Assembly: GCA_964467915.1 (NCBI GenBank)
Contig: CAYXSW010000003.1
Location: 23,879-87,878 of the forward strand
DNA length: 64,000 bases
Direction: 5' to 3'
Source of the DNA: an uncultured Marinoscillum sp.
GTDB lineage: Bacteria > Bacteroidota > Bacteroidia > Cytophagales > MED-G16
Shown in pieces: positions 1 through 10,442 of the stretch (the stretch's first letter is position 1; the number at the start of each line of letters is the position of its first letter). Under the pieces are notes generated by a model that searched no databases, was not told the DNA's origin, and saw only the letters and a program-made list of their open reading frames with translations. Made by a program: the position numbers and the translations under genes.

Positions 1-1430
1 TTATAAATATTTAATTCTTTGAGCACCTTACAAGTAGAACTGAGTTGACCTTTTCCTCCATCAACAATTATGAGGTCAGGAAGATTTTCTTGATCTTTAA
101 TTATTCTTGAGTACCTTCTGTGGATTACTTCTCTCATAGATTCAAAATCATCAGGCTTATTGACAGATCTTATTTTAAACTTTCTATAGTTTTTTTTACT
201 TGCGTAGCCATCTTTAAACATTACCAATGAAGCAACTGTGTGCTTTCCTTGAATATTTGAGACGTCAAAGCATTCAATGTGGAATGGAATTCTTTTAAGG
301 TTTAGTTTATTTTTAAGATCGACTAAAATGGATATTTTTTTAGTTTTTCTTTCTTTCTTTTCATTATATAGATTCTTTTTATAAAAGAGGACATTTTTTA
401 GACTCATGTCAATTAATTTTTTCTTATCTCCGGATCTAGGGATAGATGATTTAATTTCATTTGAAATTATTTTTGATAGATCTATGTTACTCAACACATC
501 ATTTTTTACACTTCTATATTTGAATTTTAGATCAATTATTATTTGCTCAACTTCTCTGTAATCAAAATTTAGTTTCTTTTTTATTTTATTTGTCTCAGAG
601 CTGACAATCATTCCATTATTAATTTTCATAAAATTTACATAATAATATTTTTCATCATCGATTATACCAATTACGTCTATGTTATTTACTTTAAAGCTGA
701 CAACAATAGACCTTGAAGTAAAAGATTCAAGCTCATTTATCTTCTCTTTAATTCTTTGTGCTTCTTCAAATTCTAAATTTTTTGATAAAGTTTTCATTTC
801 GTTATTAAGCGATTTTATTAACTCAATGTTTTTCCCATTTAAGATATTTTTGATTTCATCTATTTCTTTATTATAGTCATGCTCCTCTTGATATTTTTCA
901 CAAGGTCCTTTGCAATTTCCAAGGTGATACTCTAAACATACTTTGAACTTTTTATTCTTGATATTTTCTTCACTTAGTAGGTAATTACAATTTCTTATTT
1001 TATATAAATTTTTAATAAGTCTTAGGATCCCTCTCATAGATTTAACATTTGTGTATGGCCCAAAAACTTCTTCTTTTTTTATTTTTATTTTCCTAGTTGT
1101 ATAGACCTTTGGAAACCTTTCTTTTGATATTGCTATATATGGATATGTTTTGTCATCTCTAAGCAAAATGTTATATTTTGGTTTGTTTTCTTTTATCATA
1201 TTATTCTCTAAAAGAAGAGCGTCGTGTTCTGAATCAGAAATAACAAAATCAATCTTTACAATTTCTTTTACCATCTTTGAAATTTTATTATTATGATGTT
1301 TTTGGAAATAACTCTTGACTCTTTTTTTTAGATTTTTCGACTTTCCAACATATATGATCACTGAGTTTTTATTTAGGAATTTATAAACTCCAGGAGAGCT
1401 AGGTAGATCAGTCTTTTTTAAGTTAATCAT
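1..1430 (-). CDS. uvrC: Excinuclease ABC subunit C, 3' end runs off the window
   Basis: Not in the ORF track because it has no stop in the window. Manual translation from ATG at 1430 gives MINLKKTDLPSSPGVYKFLNKNSVIIYVGKSKNLKKRVKSYF (GIY-YIG), with later ECFDVSN and PDLIIVDGGKGQL motifs. Confidence 0.95.
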   Translation of the reverse strand, partial: MINLKKTDLPSSPGVYKFLNKNSVIIYVGKSKNLKKRVKSYFQKHHNNKISKMVKEIVKIDFVISDSEHDALLLENNMIKENKPKYNILLRDDKTYPYIAISKERFPKVYTTRKIKIKKEEVFGPYTNVKSMRGILRLIKNLYKIRNCNYLLSEENIKNKKFKVCLEYHLGNCKGPCEKYQEEHDYNKEIDEIKNILNGKNIELIKSLNNEMKTLSKNLEFEEAQRIKEKINELESFTSRSIVVSFKVNNIDVIGIIDDEKYYYVNFMKINNGMIVSSETNKIKKKLNFDYREVEQIIIDLKFKYRSVKNDVLSNIDLSKIISNEIKSSIPRSGDKKKLIDMSLKNVLFYKKNLYNEKKERKTKKISILVDLKNKLNLKRIPFHIECFDVSNIQGKHTVASLVMFKDGYASKKNYRKFKIRSVNKPDDFESMREVIHRRYSRIIKDQENLPDLIIVDGGKGQLSSTCKVLKELNIY

Positions 1431-1434
1431 TTAA

Positions 1435-3726
1435 TTAGAAGATGTCAGAAGCATCAATTTTATCTAAAATAAGATCTAACGAGTCAGATTTTATTTCATT
1501 GTTATATACGGAGCAATCAATCTCGACATTTATTTTCTTGGTGGGTTTGTCAAACCTTCCTTTTTCAATATTCAAAGTATTATCCGCATAGATATTTAGC
1601 ATGTATTGTTGCCATATTGGCATTGCTGTTCGGGCCCCTTGTCCATATGCCCAATCTCTAAAGTGGATACTTCTATCATCACCACCCACCCAAGCACCTG
1701 AAACAAGGTTATGAGTTACACCAATAAACCACCCATCAGACGCGTTTTGTGTTGTGCCTGTTTTAGCTCCAACATCATTATTGAAAGTTAACTCTGGATT
1801 TAGTCCTCTTGCAGTACCACCTTCTTCTTCTTTTGACCCCTTTAACATATGGAGCATAAGATAAGCGGTCTCTTCACTAAGCGCCTCTTGTTTTGTTGGT
1901 ATAAAATCTTGTATTAAGTTACCATACTTGTCTTCAATTCTTGATATGAAAAAAGGTTCTGTCCAGATCCCCTTATTAATAAAGGTACTATATGCCCCAA
2001 CAAGCTCAAATAGAGACACATCTCCTCCAGCTCCAAGACACACCGCCGGGACAGGATCTAATTTACTTTGCACCCCCATTTTTTTTGCATAATCTACTAC
2101 CGTCTTTGGTGATAGTTTCTTTGTCATAAACGCAGTTATTGAGTTAACTGATTTAGCCATAGCTTTTCTTAGCGTCATAGTCTCACCAGTCCACTTACTG
2201 TTATGGTTGTCTGGTCTCCAGTATGGAGGGTCTTGTCCTGGTAGTTCAAAAACTACTGGCGCATCAACTACTGGGTAGCAAGGAGAGTACCCATTGTCTA
2301 TTGCAGCAGCATAAACTATTGGCTTTATGGTTGATCCAGGTTGCCTTTTCCCCTGTTTTACATGGTCATATTTAAAATATTTATGGTTTATTCCGCCTAC
2401 CCAAGCTTTAATATATCCCGTTTTGGGTTCGATAGAAACAAAGCCAGCCTGAAGGAAGTTTTTGTAATATTTCAGAGAATCCATTATACTAAACACTGTA
2501 TCAATCTCACCCTCCCAACTAAAGACTCTCATCTTTTTCTTTTTGTTTAATATCTCAAAAGTTTTGATGGTATCGTTATCATTGTCTTTAAGAACATTTT
2601 TATAGTATCGTGTTCTCTTAATAGTGTTCTCTAAAAAATCTTTTATTTCAAACCCCTTCTCATCAATCCATGGGTTTTTCCCATCCCAGTGATCACTAAA
2701 AATATTTTGTAATCTCCTCATCTGATCATTTAATGCTTTTTCTGCGTGCTCTTGCATTTTACTATCTATTGTGGTGTAGATTTTTAATCCGTCAGAAAAT
2801 AAATCATATCCATTTTCTTTTGCCCAGCTAATCAAATAGTTTCTGACTACAGTTCTGAAATATGTTGCCTGACCAACATTCTGGTTCTGTACTTTATAAT
2901 TTAAATTTAAATCTGTAAGAATTAGAGAGTCATACTCAATCCTATTTACAATATTGTACTTATATAGATTATAAAATATTTCTGATCTTTTCTCCGTAGC
3001 ATTTTCTGGATTAAAGAAGGGGTTATATTTTGTTGGTTTATTTAATAAGCCCACGATAATTGATGACTCATTATAATTAAGTTTAGAAGGATCTTTATTA
3101 AAGTATGTTTTGGCAGCAACTTTTATTCCGTAGGAATTACTTCCGTACTCTGCTGTGTTAAGATACATTGCAAGAATTTCTTTTTTAGTGTAAAACTCTT
3201 CAAGTTTTACAGCAACAATCCACTCTTTTACTTTTGATATTATTAACCCTAAAAAAGGCACAGTACTTAATTTGCCTTTTTTTTCTTTACGAATTTTAAA
3301 TAAGTTTTTGGCTAATTGTTGGGTAATTGTACTTCCTCCACCTTCAAGTCCACTTGATCCAAATGTTGCAATATTTTTAAAAACCCCATAAGTTGCCCTG
3401 ACAAGTCCTTTTAGATCAATACCAGAATGATCATAAAATCTTATGTCTTCTGTTACTAAAAGTGTAGTTACTAATTCATCTGAGAGTTCATCAAATTTTA
3501 CTGGTGACCTGTTGAATCTAAAATATTTTCCGAGAAGGATATTGTCACTTGAGTATAACTCTGATGATAGTTCTGATTCTGGTTTTTCTAAATCTTGAAG
3601 GCTTGGCATTCCACCAAAAAGATTAGAAACATTATAGTTAACCGAGAAAATGAATATAGTTATGAATGCTATCCCAGACAACAGGATAATCCACAATCTC
3701 TTTATAATCCTTTTAAATTTATTCAT
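1435..3726 (-). CDS. mrcA: Class A penicillin-binding protein (transglycosylase/transpeptidase, PBP1a)
   Basis: GT51 motifs EDIRFYDHSGID and GGSTITQQLAKNL; transpeptidase motifs STIK (SxxK), SVN and KTG. Confidence 0.93.
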   Translation of the reverse strand: MNKFKRIIKRLWIILLSGIAFITIFIFSVNYNVSNLFGGMPSLQDLEKPESELSSELYSSDNILLGKYFRFNRSPVKFDELSDELVTTLLVTEDIRFYDHSGIDLKGLVRATYGVFKNIATFGSSGLEGGGSTITQQLAKNLFKIRKEKKGKLSTVPFLGLIISKVKEWIVAVKLEEFYTKKEILAMYLNTAEYGSNSYGIKVAAKTYFNKDPSKLNYNESSIIVGLLNKPTKYNPFFNPENATEKRSEIFYNLYKYNIVNRIEYDSLILTDLNLNYKVQNQNVGQATYFRTVVRNYLISWAKENGYDLFSDGLKIYTTIDSKMQEHAEKALNDQMRRLQNIFSDHWDGKNPWIDEKGFEIKDFLENTIKRTRYYKNVLKDNDNDTIKTFEILNKKKKMRVFSWEGEIDTVFSIMDSLKYYKNFLQAGFVSIEPKTGYIKAWVGGINHKYFKYDHVKQGKRQPGSTIKPIVYAAAIDNGYSPCYPVVDAPVVFELPGQDPPYWRPDNHNSKWTGETMTLRKAMAKSVNSITAFMTKKLSPKTVVDYAKKMGVQSKLDPVPAVCLGAGGDVSLFELVGAYSTFINKGIWTEPFFISRIEDKYGNLIQDFIPTKQEALSEETAYLMLHMLKGSKEEEGGTARGLNPELTFNNDVGAKTGTTQNASDGWFIGVTHNLVSGAWVGGDDRSIHFRDWAYGQGARTAMPIWQQYMLNIYADNTLNIEKGRFDKPTKKINVEIDCSVYNNEIKSDSLDLILDKIDASDIF

Positions 3727-6182
3727 CTACTATAAAATTTTCTAAACTCATCAATATTTTTAGATCTAAAAATTAAGTTCATGTTTTTTTCTCCAACAAC
3801 AAAATTAGCGTTTACTTTTATTTCTTTAACATCTAAATTAGAATTGAATTTTTTTTCTATTTCTTTCAGTGACTTTAGATTATTATATGAGATAGCATCA
3901 AAGTAAGTTGTTTCATTAAGCTTGAATGAATAAATAGGAATTTTTTTATCAAGTTCTTTTAAAGTTCTTTCAAGTGTTGAAGAAATATCATCTTTTTGTT
4001 TTTCTGTTTTCATTAGTATAAAGAAATATTTTTCATCTTCATTATCTTTAAAACTAGGTAGTCCGCTAAATATAAAATCATTATGGACAGATTCTGCAGA
4101 ATTTAAAAGTGATGATGCATAATCAATAGTTGATCTATCTTTAGCTACATTTAAATATTTTTTCAACTCAAATTGTAACGAAAAATTTCCCCCTTTTTTG
4201 CCGACAGCAATAGATTGAAGTAAACTAATATTTTCAAAAAAAGGATTTTTAGAGTAAATATTACGTAATGAATCAACTTTATTTATTACAAAAATGTTTT
4301 CTTCATTTTTTAATTTATTGTACAGTTTTCCATAGAGACTTCTTAATAAATTATATTCCCTAAACTCATCAACTTCAAAATCTGGATTTACAATTAATTT
4401 ATAAAAAATTGTTTCTTTAAAGTTTGTAAGAATAATGTTTTTGTATTTTTCATTTTCTTCATCAATTAGATATAGTTGATAGATGATTTCGGCATAAAAC
4501 TTAGAATCTTCGAATCTTTCTATGAATAATTTAAAGGTATTTATTCCTTTTGTTTTTTCATCTAATTTTTGCACGTATATTTTACCTATGGCCACATATG
4601 CTTTTTCTGTTTCTTTATTTAATTTGTCTTTATCTTCTTTGCTAAATGGAAGTACAGAAATTAAATCTTCTGCATTCATTTTATATTCTTCCTCTGTGCT
4701 CCCATCATCAGGAATCTTTTGCTCTCTCTCTTCGCTACTATTATCTGCAGATGTAAAATTTATTTTGGAACTAATTCTCCAATTATCTGATAATTCTCTA
4801 GTCCCCCATTTTCTTATAAATTCATCTCTTCCAGCGCTAACCATTGAAGGGTTATTAAAATACCAACTTCCTTTATTATCACTATTAATAATTTTTGGTT
4901 CAGTTAACAGAAAGTTTTGACTTTCTTTATTGACTTTCCTTTCCCTTTGTTTCTTTTCACTTTTCTCTATGTTTGTTTCGATTATTTTTAATAGTTCGTC
5001 TTCTGGGATTGTTGTCAAATAAATTAAACTATCATTTTTTTCTATTATTTCAAGATTATTAACAAGATCTGTTAAAACATCACTCTTTTCTTTTAAAGAG
5101 TTATAATCTTTGTTTTCTCTGTTTATGTTAGTTAATGCGCTATCATAATATAGTTTTGATGACTTATAGTCTATCAAATTATCATAATAAATATCAGCTA
5201 TATTTTTAAAAGAATTATATAACAATTCTCGTTTAGATTGATTCTCTGAAACGGATAACTTAAAGTTATCTAACGCATTATTATAATTTTCACCTTTTAA
5301 ATTAAATAATCCTATTTCATAGTATATTCTATCAAGCTTATCCTCGTTTTTTTTATCTTTTAAAAGTTTTTCAAAATATTTTTCAACCTCCTCAGAAGGA
5401 GAGTTAAAAAGTGATTTAGAATAAAATATTTTAGCATTAAATTCCATGTCAAAAGTTGGATTGTTTTTAAGACATTTTTGGAAATACAAAGCTGCTATGT
5501 CATATTCTTTTTGTATCAAGTATATCTGCCCTATAGCAAAGTAAACTTTATTTATTAGTCTCCTGTTTTTTACTATCTTTTCTAATTCAAATAAGGTGTT
5601 GAGGGTTTCTGTAAGATCGTTTGTTTTTTTATGTAAGTAATGAGCGTTTAGATAATACTCTATTGCTAAACCTTTTTCAATCGTGAGTTTTTTTAAAAAC
5701 TCATTAACTTCTAATGCTGAAGGATAATCTTTCTTTTCAGTATAGGCTCTCATTAGATATATTAATGACATTTGTTGGGCAGTAGAGCTATTCGTTTTAG
5801 AGTTTACATATTTTAGTGTTGTTATTGACTGAGCAATATCTAAAGCAAGAAGTCTGCTTTTACCGATTAGGGCATAACTAGGGTATACATATTTTGAGTT
5901 GGGATGTCTTTTAATAAGTATAGAAAGTTTTTGAATGCTTTTATCTTTTTTTTCTTTTAATCCCGATACTTTATTTGTATCAATTTCGTACGTGAGATTT
6001 ATTAGGCTATCATAATTATATTCTGCTGTTTCAAGCAGTTCTGACTCGATTTCGCTAATAACTTCATTGGCAATAAAATACGCATTATATCTTGCCGTTG
6101 TATCATCATACACTGAATTAATAACCGAATTACATGAGTATAATAATAAGATAATAATAAGAGATGAAGGTTTAACTCGCAT
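3723..6182 (-). CDS. sprE: TPR lipoprotein, T9SS/gliding component SprE/PorW
   Basis: Lipobox LYSC, TARYNAYF, TPRs, WYFNN...FIRKWGTRELSDNWR; conserved Bacteroidota position next to M23/bactofilin/atp. Confidence 0.75.
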   Translation of the reverse strand: MRVKPSSLIIILLLYSCNSVINSVYDDTTARYNAYFIANEVISEIESELLETAEYNYDSLINLTYEIDTNKVSGLKEKKDKSIQKLSILIKRHPNSKYVYPSYALIGKSRLLALDIAQSITTLKYVNSKTNSSTAQQMSLIYLMRAYTEKKDYPSALEVNEFLKKLTIEKGLAIEYYLNAHYLHKKTNDLTETLNTLFELEKIVKNRRLINKVYFAIGQIYLIQKEYDIAALYFQKCLKNNPTFDMEFNAKIFYSKSLFNSPSEEVEKYFEKLLKDKKNEDKLDRIYYEIGLFNLKGENYNNALDNFKLSVSENQSKRELLYNSFKNIADIYYDNLIDYKSSKLYYDSALTNINRENKDYNSLKEKSDVLTDLVNNLEIIEKNDSLIYLTTIPEDELLKIIETNIEKSEKKQRERKVNKESQNFLLTEPKIINSDNKGSWYFNNPSMVSAGRDEFIRKWGTRELSDNWRISSKINFTSADNSSEEREQKIPDDGSTEEEYKMNAEDLISVLPFSKEDKDKLNKETEKAYVAIGKIYVQKLDEKTKGINTFKLFIERFEDSKFYAEIIYQLYLIDEENEKYKNIILTNFKETIFYKLIVNPDFEVDEFREYNLLRSLYGKLYNKLKNEENIFVINKVDSLRNIYSKNPFFENISLLQSIAVGKKGGNFSLQFELKKYLNVAKDRSTIDYASSLLNSAESVHNDFIFSGLPSFKDNEDEKYFFILMKTEKQKDDISSTLERTLKELDKKIPIYSFKLNETTYFDAISYNNLKSLKEIEKKFNSNLDVKEIKVNANFVVGEKNMNLIFRSKNIDEFRKFYSR

Positions 6183-6264
6183 TGATTTTATTTATACATA
6201 AGGTGAAACGTACCTATTAAATATTTATTTTTACATTTTACTTTAAAGAATAACAAATTTTACA

Positions 6265-7110
6265 TTGAGAAACAAAGTTATTAAATGGTTCAGAAATAGA
6301 CTTCAAATAATCTTTAGAAATAAAAGAGATTTTAAGGACCTTTCTCTTTATGAATTTTCTAATTTTAGTTTAGTTATTTACACTATAATATTCATTTTAA
6401 CAATCTTTTCTATTTCTTTTCTGTTGTCAACAACAATCTTGAGTAAGTGGTTTGACCCAAGATATGTTGAAAAGAAGGCAAATGAAGAGTTGATTAAACT
6501 TTCTAGCTCTATTGACTCCTTAATACATGAGTCTGAAATTAAAGATCAATACATCGAAAATATAATGATTATTTTGTCAGGGGGAGAAAACGAATTTCTT
6601 GAAAAAAAATCTGTAAATAACAATTCAGAGTTGAAATCTCTTACTAACGACTATTCTGCAATTGATTCTTTTTTTAGGGAAGAATACGAAAGTAACTTCT
6701 CTTATTCTGAGATAATAAGGTCTATTGATTCTGAACAGAATATTCTTTTAATTTCACCTGTTTCTTCTGGTATTGTTTCCTCAAATTATGATCCGATAAA
6801 TGGACATTTTGGTGTTGATTATGTATGCAAAAAAGAAGAACCAATTAAAGCTGCTTTTGATGGTACAGTTTTACTGTCTTCATGGACCAAAGATAGTGGG
6901 TATGTGATTAGTATAATTCATCCAAATAATTTGATTTCTGTTTATAAACATAACTCTAAAGTCTTTGTTGAGCCAGGGCAAATTGTTAAAACAGGAGAGG
7001 TTATATCAATAATAGGTGATACGGGTGAATTATCTACAGGGCCCCATCTCCATTTCGAGTTGTGGTTAAATGGTAAATCTATAAATCCTTCGGAATTTAT
7101 TTCATTATAA
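6265..7110 (+). CDS. M23 family peptidase with N-terminal TM and coiled coil
   Basis: HFGVD (HxxxD), YKH and STGPHLHFELW motifs; TTG start. Confidence 0.9.
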   Translation: MRNKVIKWFRNRLQIIFRNKRDFKDLSLYEFSNFSLVIYTIIFILTIFSISFLLSTTILSKWFDPRYVEKKANEELIKLSSSIDSLIHESEIKDQYIENIMIILSGGENEFLEKKSVNNNSELKSLTNDYSAIDSFFREEYESNFSYSEIIRSIDSEQNILLISPVSSGIVSSNYDPINGHFGVDYVCKKEEPIKAAFDGTVLLSSWTKDSGYVISIIHPNNLISVYKHNSKVFVEPGQIVKTGEVISIIGDTGELSTGPHLHFELWLNGKSINPSEFISL

Positions 7111-7111
7111 T

Positions 7112-7119
7112 TAAGTTTG
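7112..7119 (+). promoter_or_regulatory. Bacteroidota -7 promoter element upstream of the bactofilin/atp genes
   Basis: TAAGTTTG matches TAnnTTTG, 21 nt before the GTG start. Confidence 0.5.
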
Positions 7120-7140
7120 TAAAAATTTAAATTTATAGTT

Positions 7141-7512
7141 GTGGAAAATAATAACGGTTCAAATAATATTATAGGTGAAGGAAGTGTTCTGAAAGGTAAT
7201 CTAAACACATCTGGAAATGTTAGGCTAGAAGGTAAAGTAGTAGGTGACTTATCTTCAACATCAAAAGTTGCTTGTGGTGAAACATCAGTTGTTGATGGAA
7301 ATGTTATTGCAGATAATGCTGAGATAGCGGGGAAGGTTACTGGAAAAGTTACCGTCACAGAATTACTTATTCTTAAGTCTACAGCTTCTATTCACGGTGA
7401 TATTTCTACAAATAATTTAATAATTGAATCTGGCGCTAATTTTAATGGGGCATGTTCTATGGGCAAAGAAGAAACCCTTGAAGAAGACTCTTTGGAGGAT
7501 AATGAGCAATAA
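7141..7512 (+). CDS. Bactofilin (polymer-forming cytoskeletal protein)
   Basis: IIGEGSVLKGNL...VRLEGKVVGDL...IESGANFNGACSM beta-helix pattern. Confidence 0.92.
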   Translation: MENNNGSNNIIGEGSVLKGNLNTSGNVRLEGKVVGDLSSTSKVACGETSVVDGNVIADNAEIAGKVTGKVTVTELLILKSTASIHGDISTNNLIIESGANFNGACSMGKEETLEEDSLEDNEQ

Positions 7513-7690
7513 TAATTACCTAAAATATTTCAATTTAAGTTATCAGTTTTTTTTAACCATTATAATTTCTGGAGTTTTTGGGTATTTTATTGATAATTAT
7601 CTAAATCTTGGGTTTTTTATTTTCACATTTATTTTTCCTATTCTAGGTTTTTTTTATTCATTATATCGTGTATATAAAAGTATGAAGTAG
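7502..7690 (+). CDS. AtpZ/AtpI family small membrane protein
   Basis: Two TM helices with a GYFIDNYL motif, upstream of atpB; start re-assigned to the ATG at 7502. Confidence 0.75.
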   Translation: MSNNNYLKYFNLSYQFFLTIIISGVFGYFIDNYLNLGFFIFTFIFPILGFFYSLYRVYKSMK

Positions 7691-8055
7691 TGATTATTCT
7701 TAATAAAAAGAGTTTTTATTTTTATACTTCACTTATACTTATATATTCATTAACTGTATTATTTAAGCCAGACTACATTCACAAATATTTTTTTTATATT
7801 TTCTTTTATAATATTTTTTTAGATCTAGGATTTAAATTTTTAAATAAAAATGCTTTTCAAAAAAAAAATCACACCGTAATAATTGTTATTCTATCTACCT
7901 TTTTGAGGTTTGTTTTATCTATAGTTTTTGTCTTTTTATTTGGTCTAATTGCAACAGAAAACTTTATGTTATTTACAATTAATTTTTTGATTGTCTTTTT
8001 ATTATTTATATTATTTGAAATAACAATTCTATTAATTAATTTGCATCGTGAATAG
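7690..8055 (+). CDS. Membrane protein preceding atpB (AtpI-like)
   Basis: About 4 hydrophobic segments; position in the atp operon. Confidence 0.6.
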   Translation: MIILNKKSFYFYTSLILIYSLTVLFKPDYIHKYFFYIFFYNIFLDLGFKFLNKNAFQKKNHTVIIVILSTFLRFVLSIVFVFLFGLIATENFMLFTINFLIVFLLFILFEITILLINLHRE

Positions 8056-8062
8056 CTAAATA

Positions 8063-9076
8063 ATGAATCCCTTTAGACCTTTTTTTCTGTATATAATTTT
8101 CTTTATTTTTTTGTTTACCTCAAGTGTTTATGCGTCTGAAGACGCAGCTAAGAGTGAAGACGGAAAAATAGATATAGGTGGTATGATAATGCATCATATT
8201 CTAGATGACTATCAATATGAAATCACACATGGCGTTGTGATTCCTCTACCTGTAATATTATATGTTAAAAACGAGGGGTTAACTTTATTTTCCTCATCTA
8301 ATTTATTCGATGAAAATCATGAGCCACTAAAAGAAGGATATAATGGTTTTTATTATGATCACGGCAAAATATACCCATTAGATAAGTCTGCTTCTTATAT
8401 CGATTTATCTATAACAAAAAACGTTTTTTCCCTGTTTATAACCGCTATACTTATGCTAGTGATTTTTCTTTTAGTTGCGTCTAAATATAAAAATAAGATG
8501 GAGACACCAAAGGGGATACAATCTCTTTTTGAGCCATTAATTATTTTTATTAAAGATGATATAGTTAAACCTAATATAGGACCAAAATACGAGAAATATC
8601 TTCCTTATATGCTCACATTATTTTTCTTTATATTCTTTGGAAATGTTTTAGGCCTTCTCCCAGCTGGAGCTAACTTAACAGGAAATATTGCAATAACTAT
8701 GGTATTAGCTTTAATCACATTTTTTATGACAAATCTTTCTGGAAACAGGAATTATTGGAAACATATTTTTTGGACACCAGACGTGCCTCATGTGATGAGA
8801 ATAATTATTTTGCCAATTGAAATTATTGGTCTTTTTACAAAACCATTTTCTCTGATGTTAAGACTTTTTGTCGCAATCACTGCCGGTCATATTGTGTTGC
8901 TGAGCTTTATTGGAATGACTTTTATCTTTGGTAGTTATGCAGTTGGAATTATGAGTTCCTTATTTGCCGTTGCCCTTAATATAATTGAATTACTTGTTGC
9001 AGGTATTCAAGCGTACGTGTTTACAATGTTTTCTTGTGTGTATATAGGGTTGGCAGTTGAAGAGGGACACCATTAA
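8063..9076 (+). CDS. atpB: ATP synthase F0 subunit a
   Basis: KPFSLMLRLF...AGH and QAYVF motifs; Bacteroidota N-terminal extension. Confidence 0.97.
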   Translation: MNPFRPFFLYIIFFIFLFTSSVYASEDAAKSEDGKIDIGGMIMHHILDDYQYEITHGVVIPLPVILYVKNEGLTLFSSSNLFDENHEPLKEGYNGFYYDHGKIYPLDKSASYIDLSITKNVFSLFITAILMLVIFLLVASKYKNKMETPKGIQSLFEPLIIFIKDDIVKPNIGPKYEKYLPYMLTLFFFIFFGNVLGLLPAGANLTGNIAITMVLALITFFMTNLSGNRNYWKHIFWTPDVPHVMRIIILPIEIIGLFTKPFSLMLRLFVAITAGHIVLLSFIGMTFIFGSYAVGIMSSLFAVALNIIELLVAGIQAYVFTMFSCVYIGLAVEEGHH

Positions 9077-9100
9077 AGATATTTTTATGTTAAATTTTAA

Positions 9101-9376
<276 letters not shown>

Positions 9377-9395
9377 TTTTTAAAAAAAATTAATT

Positions 9396-9893
9396 ATGGA
9401 TTTGCTTACACCAGGTACTGGTTTAATTTTCTGGCAACTTCTCGTTTTTTCTACACTTTTTTTGGTGTTAACAAAATATGCTTGGAAGCCAATAACACAG
9501 TCACTTAAAGAAAGAGAGAAATTTATTGACGAATCTTTAGAGTCTGCAAAAAAAGCAGAAGAAGAACTAGTGAACCTTCAGAAGAAAAACGAAGAATTAT
9601 TGTCTGTGGCTAGAAAGGAAAGGGAAAAGATTTTATCTGACGCAAAAAATGTTTCAAATTCAATGAAAGATGAAGCAAAAGATAAAGCAAAGGAAATGGC
9701 TGATAAGATTATTAATGAAGCAAAATCAGTTATTGAATCAGAGAAAAATAAAGCTATGAAAGATGTTAAAAACACTTTAGCTGAACTTTCTTTAGATATT
9801 GCAGAAAAAATAATTAGAAAGGATTTAAGTCAAGACCAATCACAGAAAAAATATGTTGAGGATTTAATTAAAGAAATAAATAAATCAAAATAA
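9396..9893 (+). CDS. atpF: ATP synthase F0 subunit b
   Basis: PGTGLIFWQ...KYAWKPI followed by a coiled coil. Confidence 0.96.
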   Translation: MDLLTPGTGLIFWQLLVFSTLFLVLTKYAWKPITQSLKEREKFIDESLESAKKAEEELVNLQKKNEELLSVARKEREKILSDAKNVSNSMKDEAKDKAKEMADKIINEAKSVIESEKNKAMKDVKNTLAELSLDIAEKIIRKDLSQDQSQKKYVEDLIKEINKSK

Positions 9894-10432
9894 TGAAAAA
9901 CGCAAGGGCTTCTGAAAGGTATGCTAAATCTTTACTTCAATTATCTATAGAAAAGAAGATATTAAAAGAGGTAAAGTTAGATATAGATATGCTAATTAAA
10001 GTTTTTACAGAATCTCGAGAGATTTCTAACTTATATACGAGTCCTATTATTCCAATTAAACATAAAGTAAAAATAACTAACAAGGTGTTTTTAAATAAAA
10101 TAAATGAAAATACATTAAACCTATTGCTTAATGTAATATATAGGAAAAGGGATAATTTACTTCAGTCAATTTTCTCAAAGTTTAATGAGTTATATAATGT
10201 TCACAATAACATTGAAGAATCCTACATAACCACCACTTATGATTTAGATGATGATATATTGAATGATATTAAAATGTTTGCTGAAAAAGTTTCTAAGAAA
10301 AAAATTTCATTATCACATAGTATAAACAATAAAATTATAGGTGGATTTAACTTAAAAATAGGAGATAAAATGATTGATTGTACTGTTTCAAGTAAGATCA
10401 ATGAATTAAGAAAAAAATTAATTAATAACTAA
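9893..10432 (+). CDS. atpH: ATP synthase F1 delta
   Basis: RYAKSLL and [15 protein letters not shown] motifs; operon position. Confidence 0.94.
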   Translation: MKNARASERYAKSLLQLSIEKKILKEVKLDIDMLIKVFTESREISNLYTSPIIPIKHKVKITNKVFLNKINENTLNLLLNVIYRKRDNLLQSIFSKFNELYNVHNNIEESYITTTYDLDDDILNDIKMFAEKVSKKKISLSHSINNKIIGGFNLKIGDKMIDCTVSSKINELRKKLINN

Positions 10433-10442
10433 AAATAAAATA

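Noticed and set aside
679-876. 65-aa + strand ORF
   Set aside because: Antisense shadow of uvrC, which the track missed because it runs off the window
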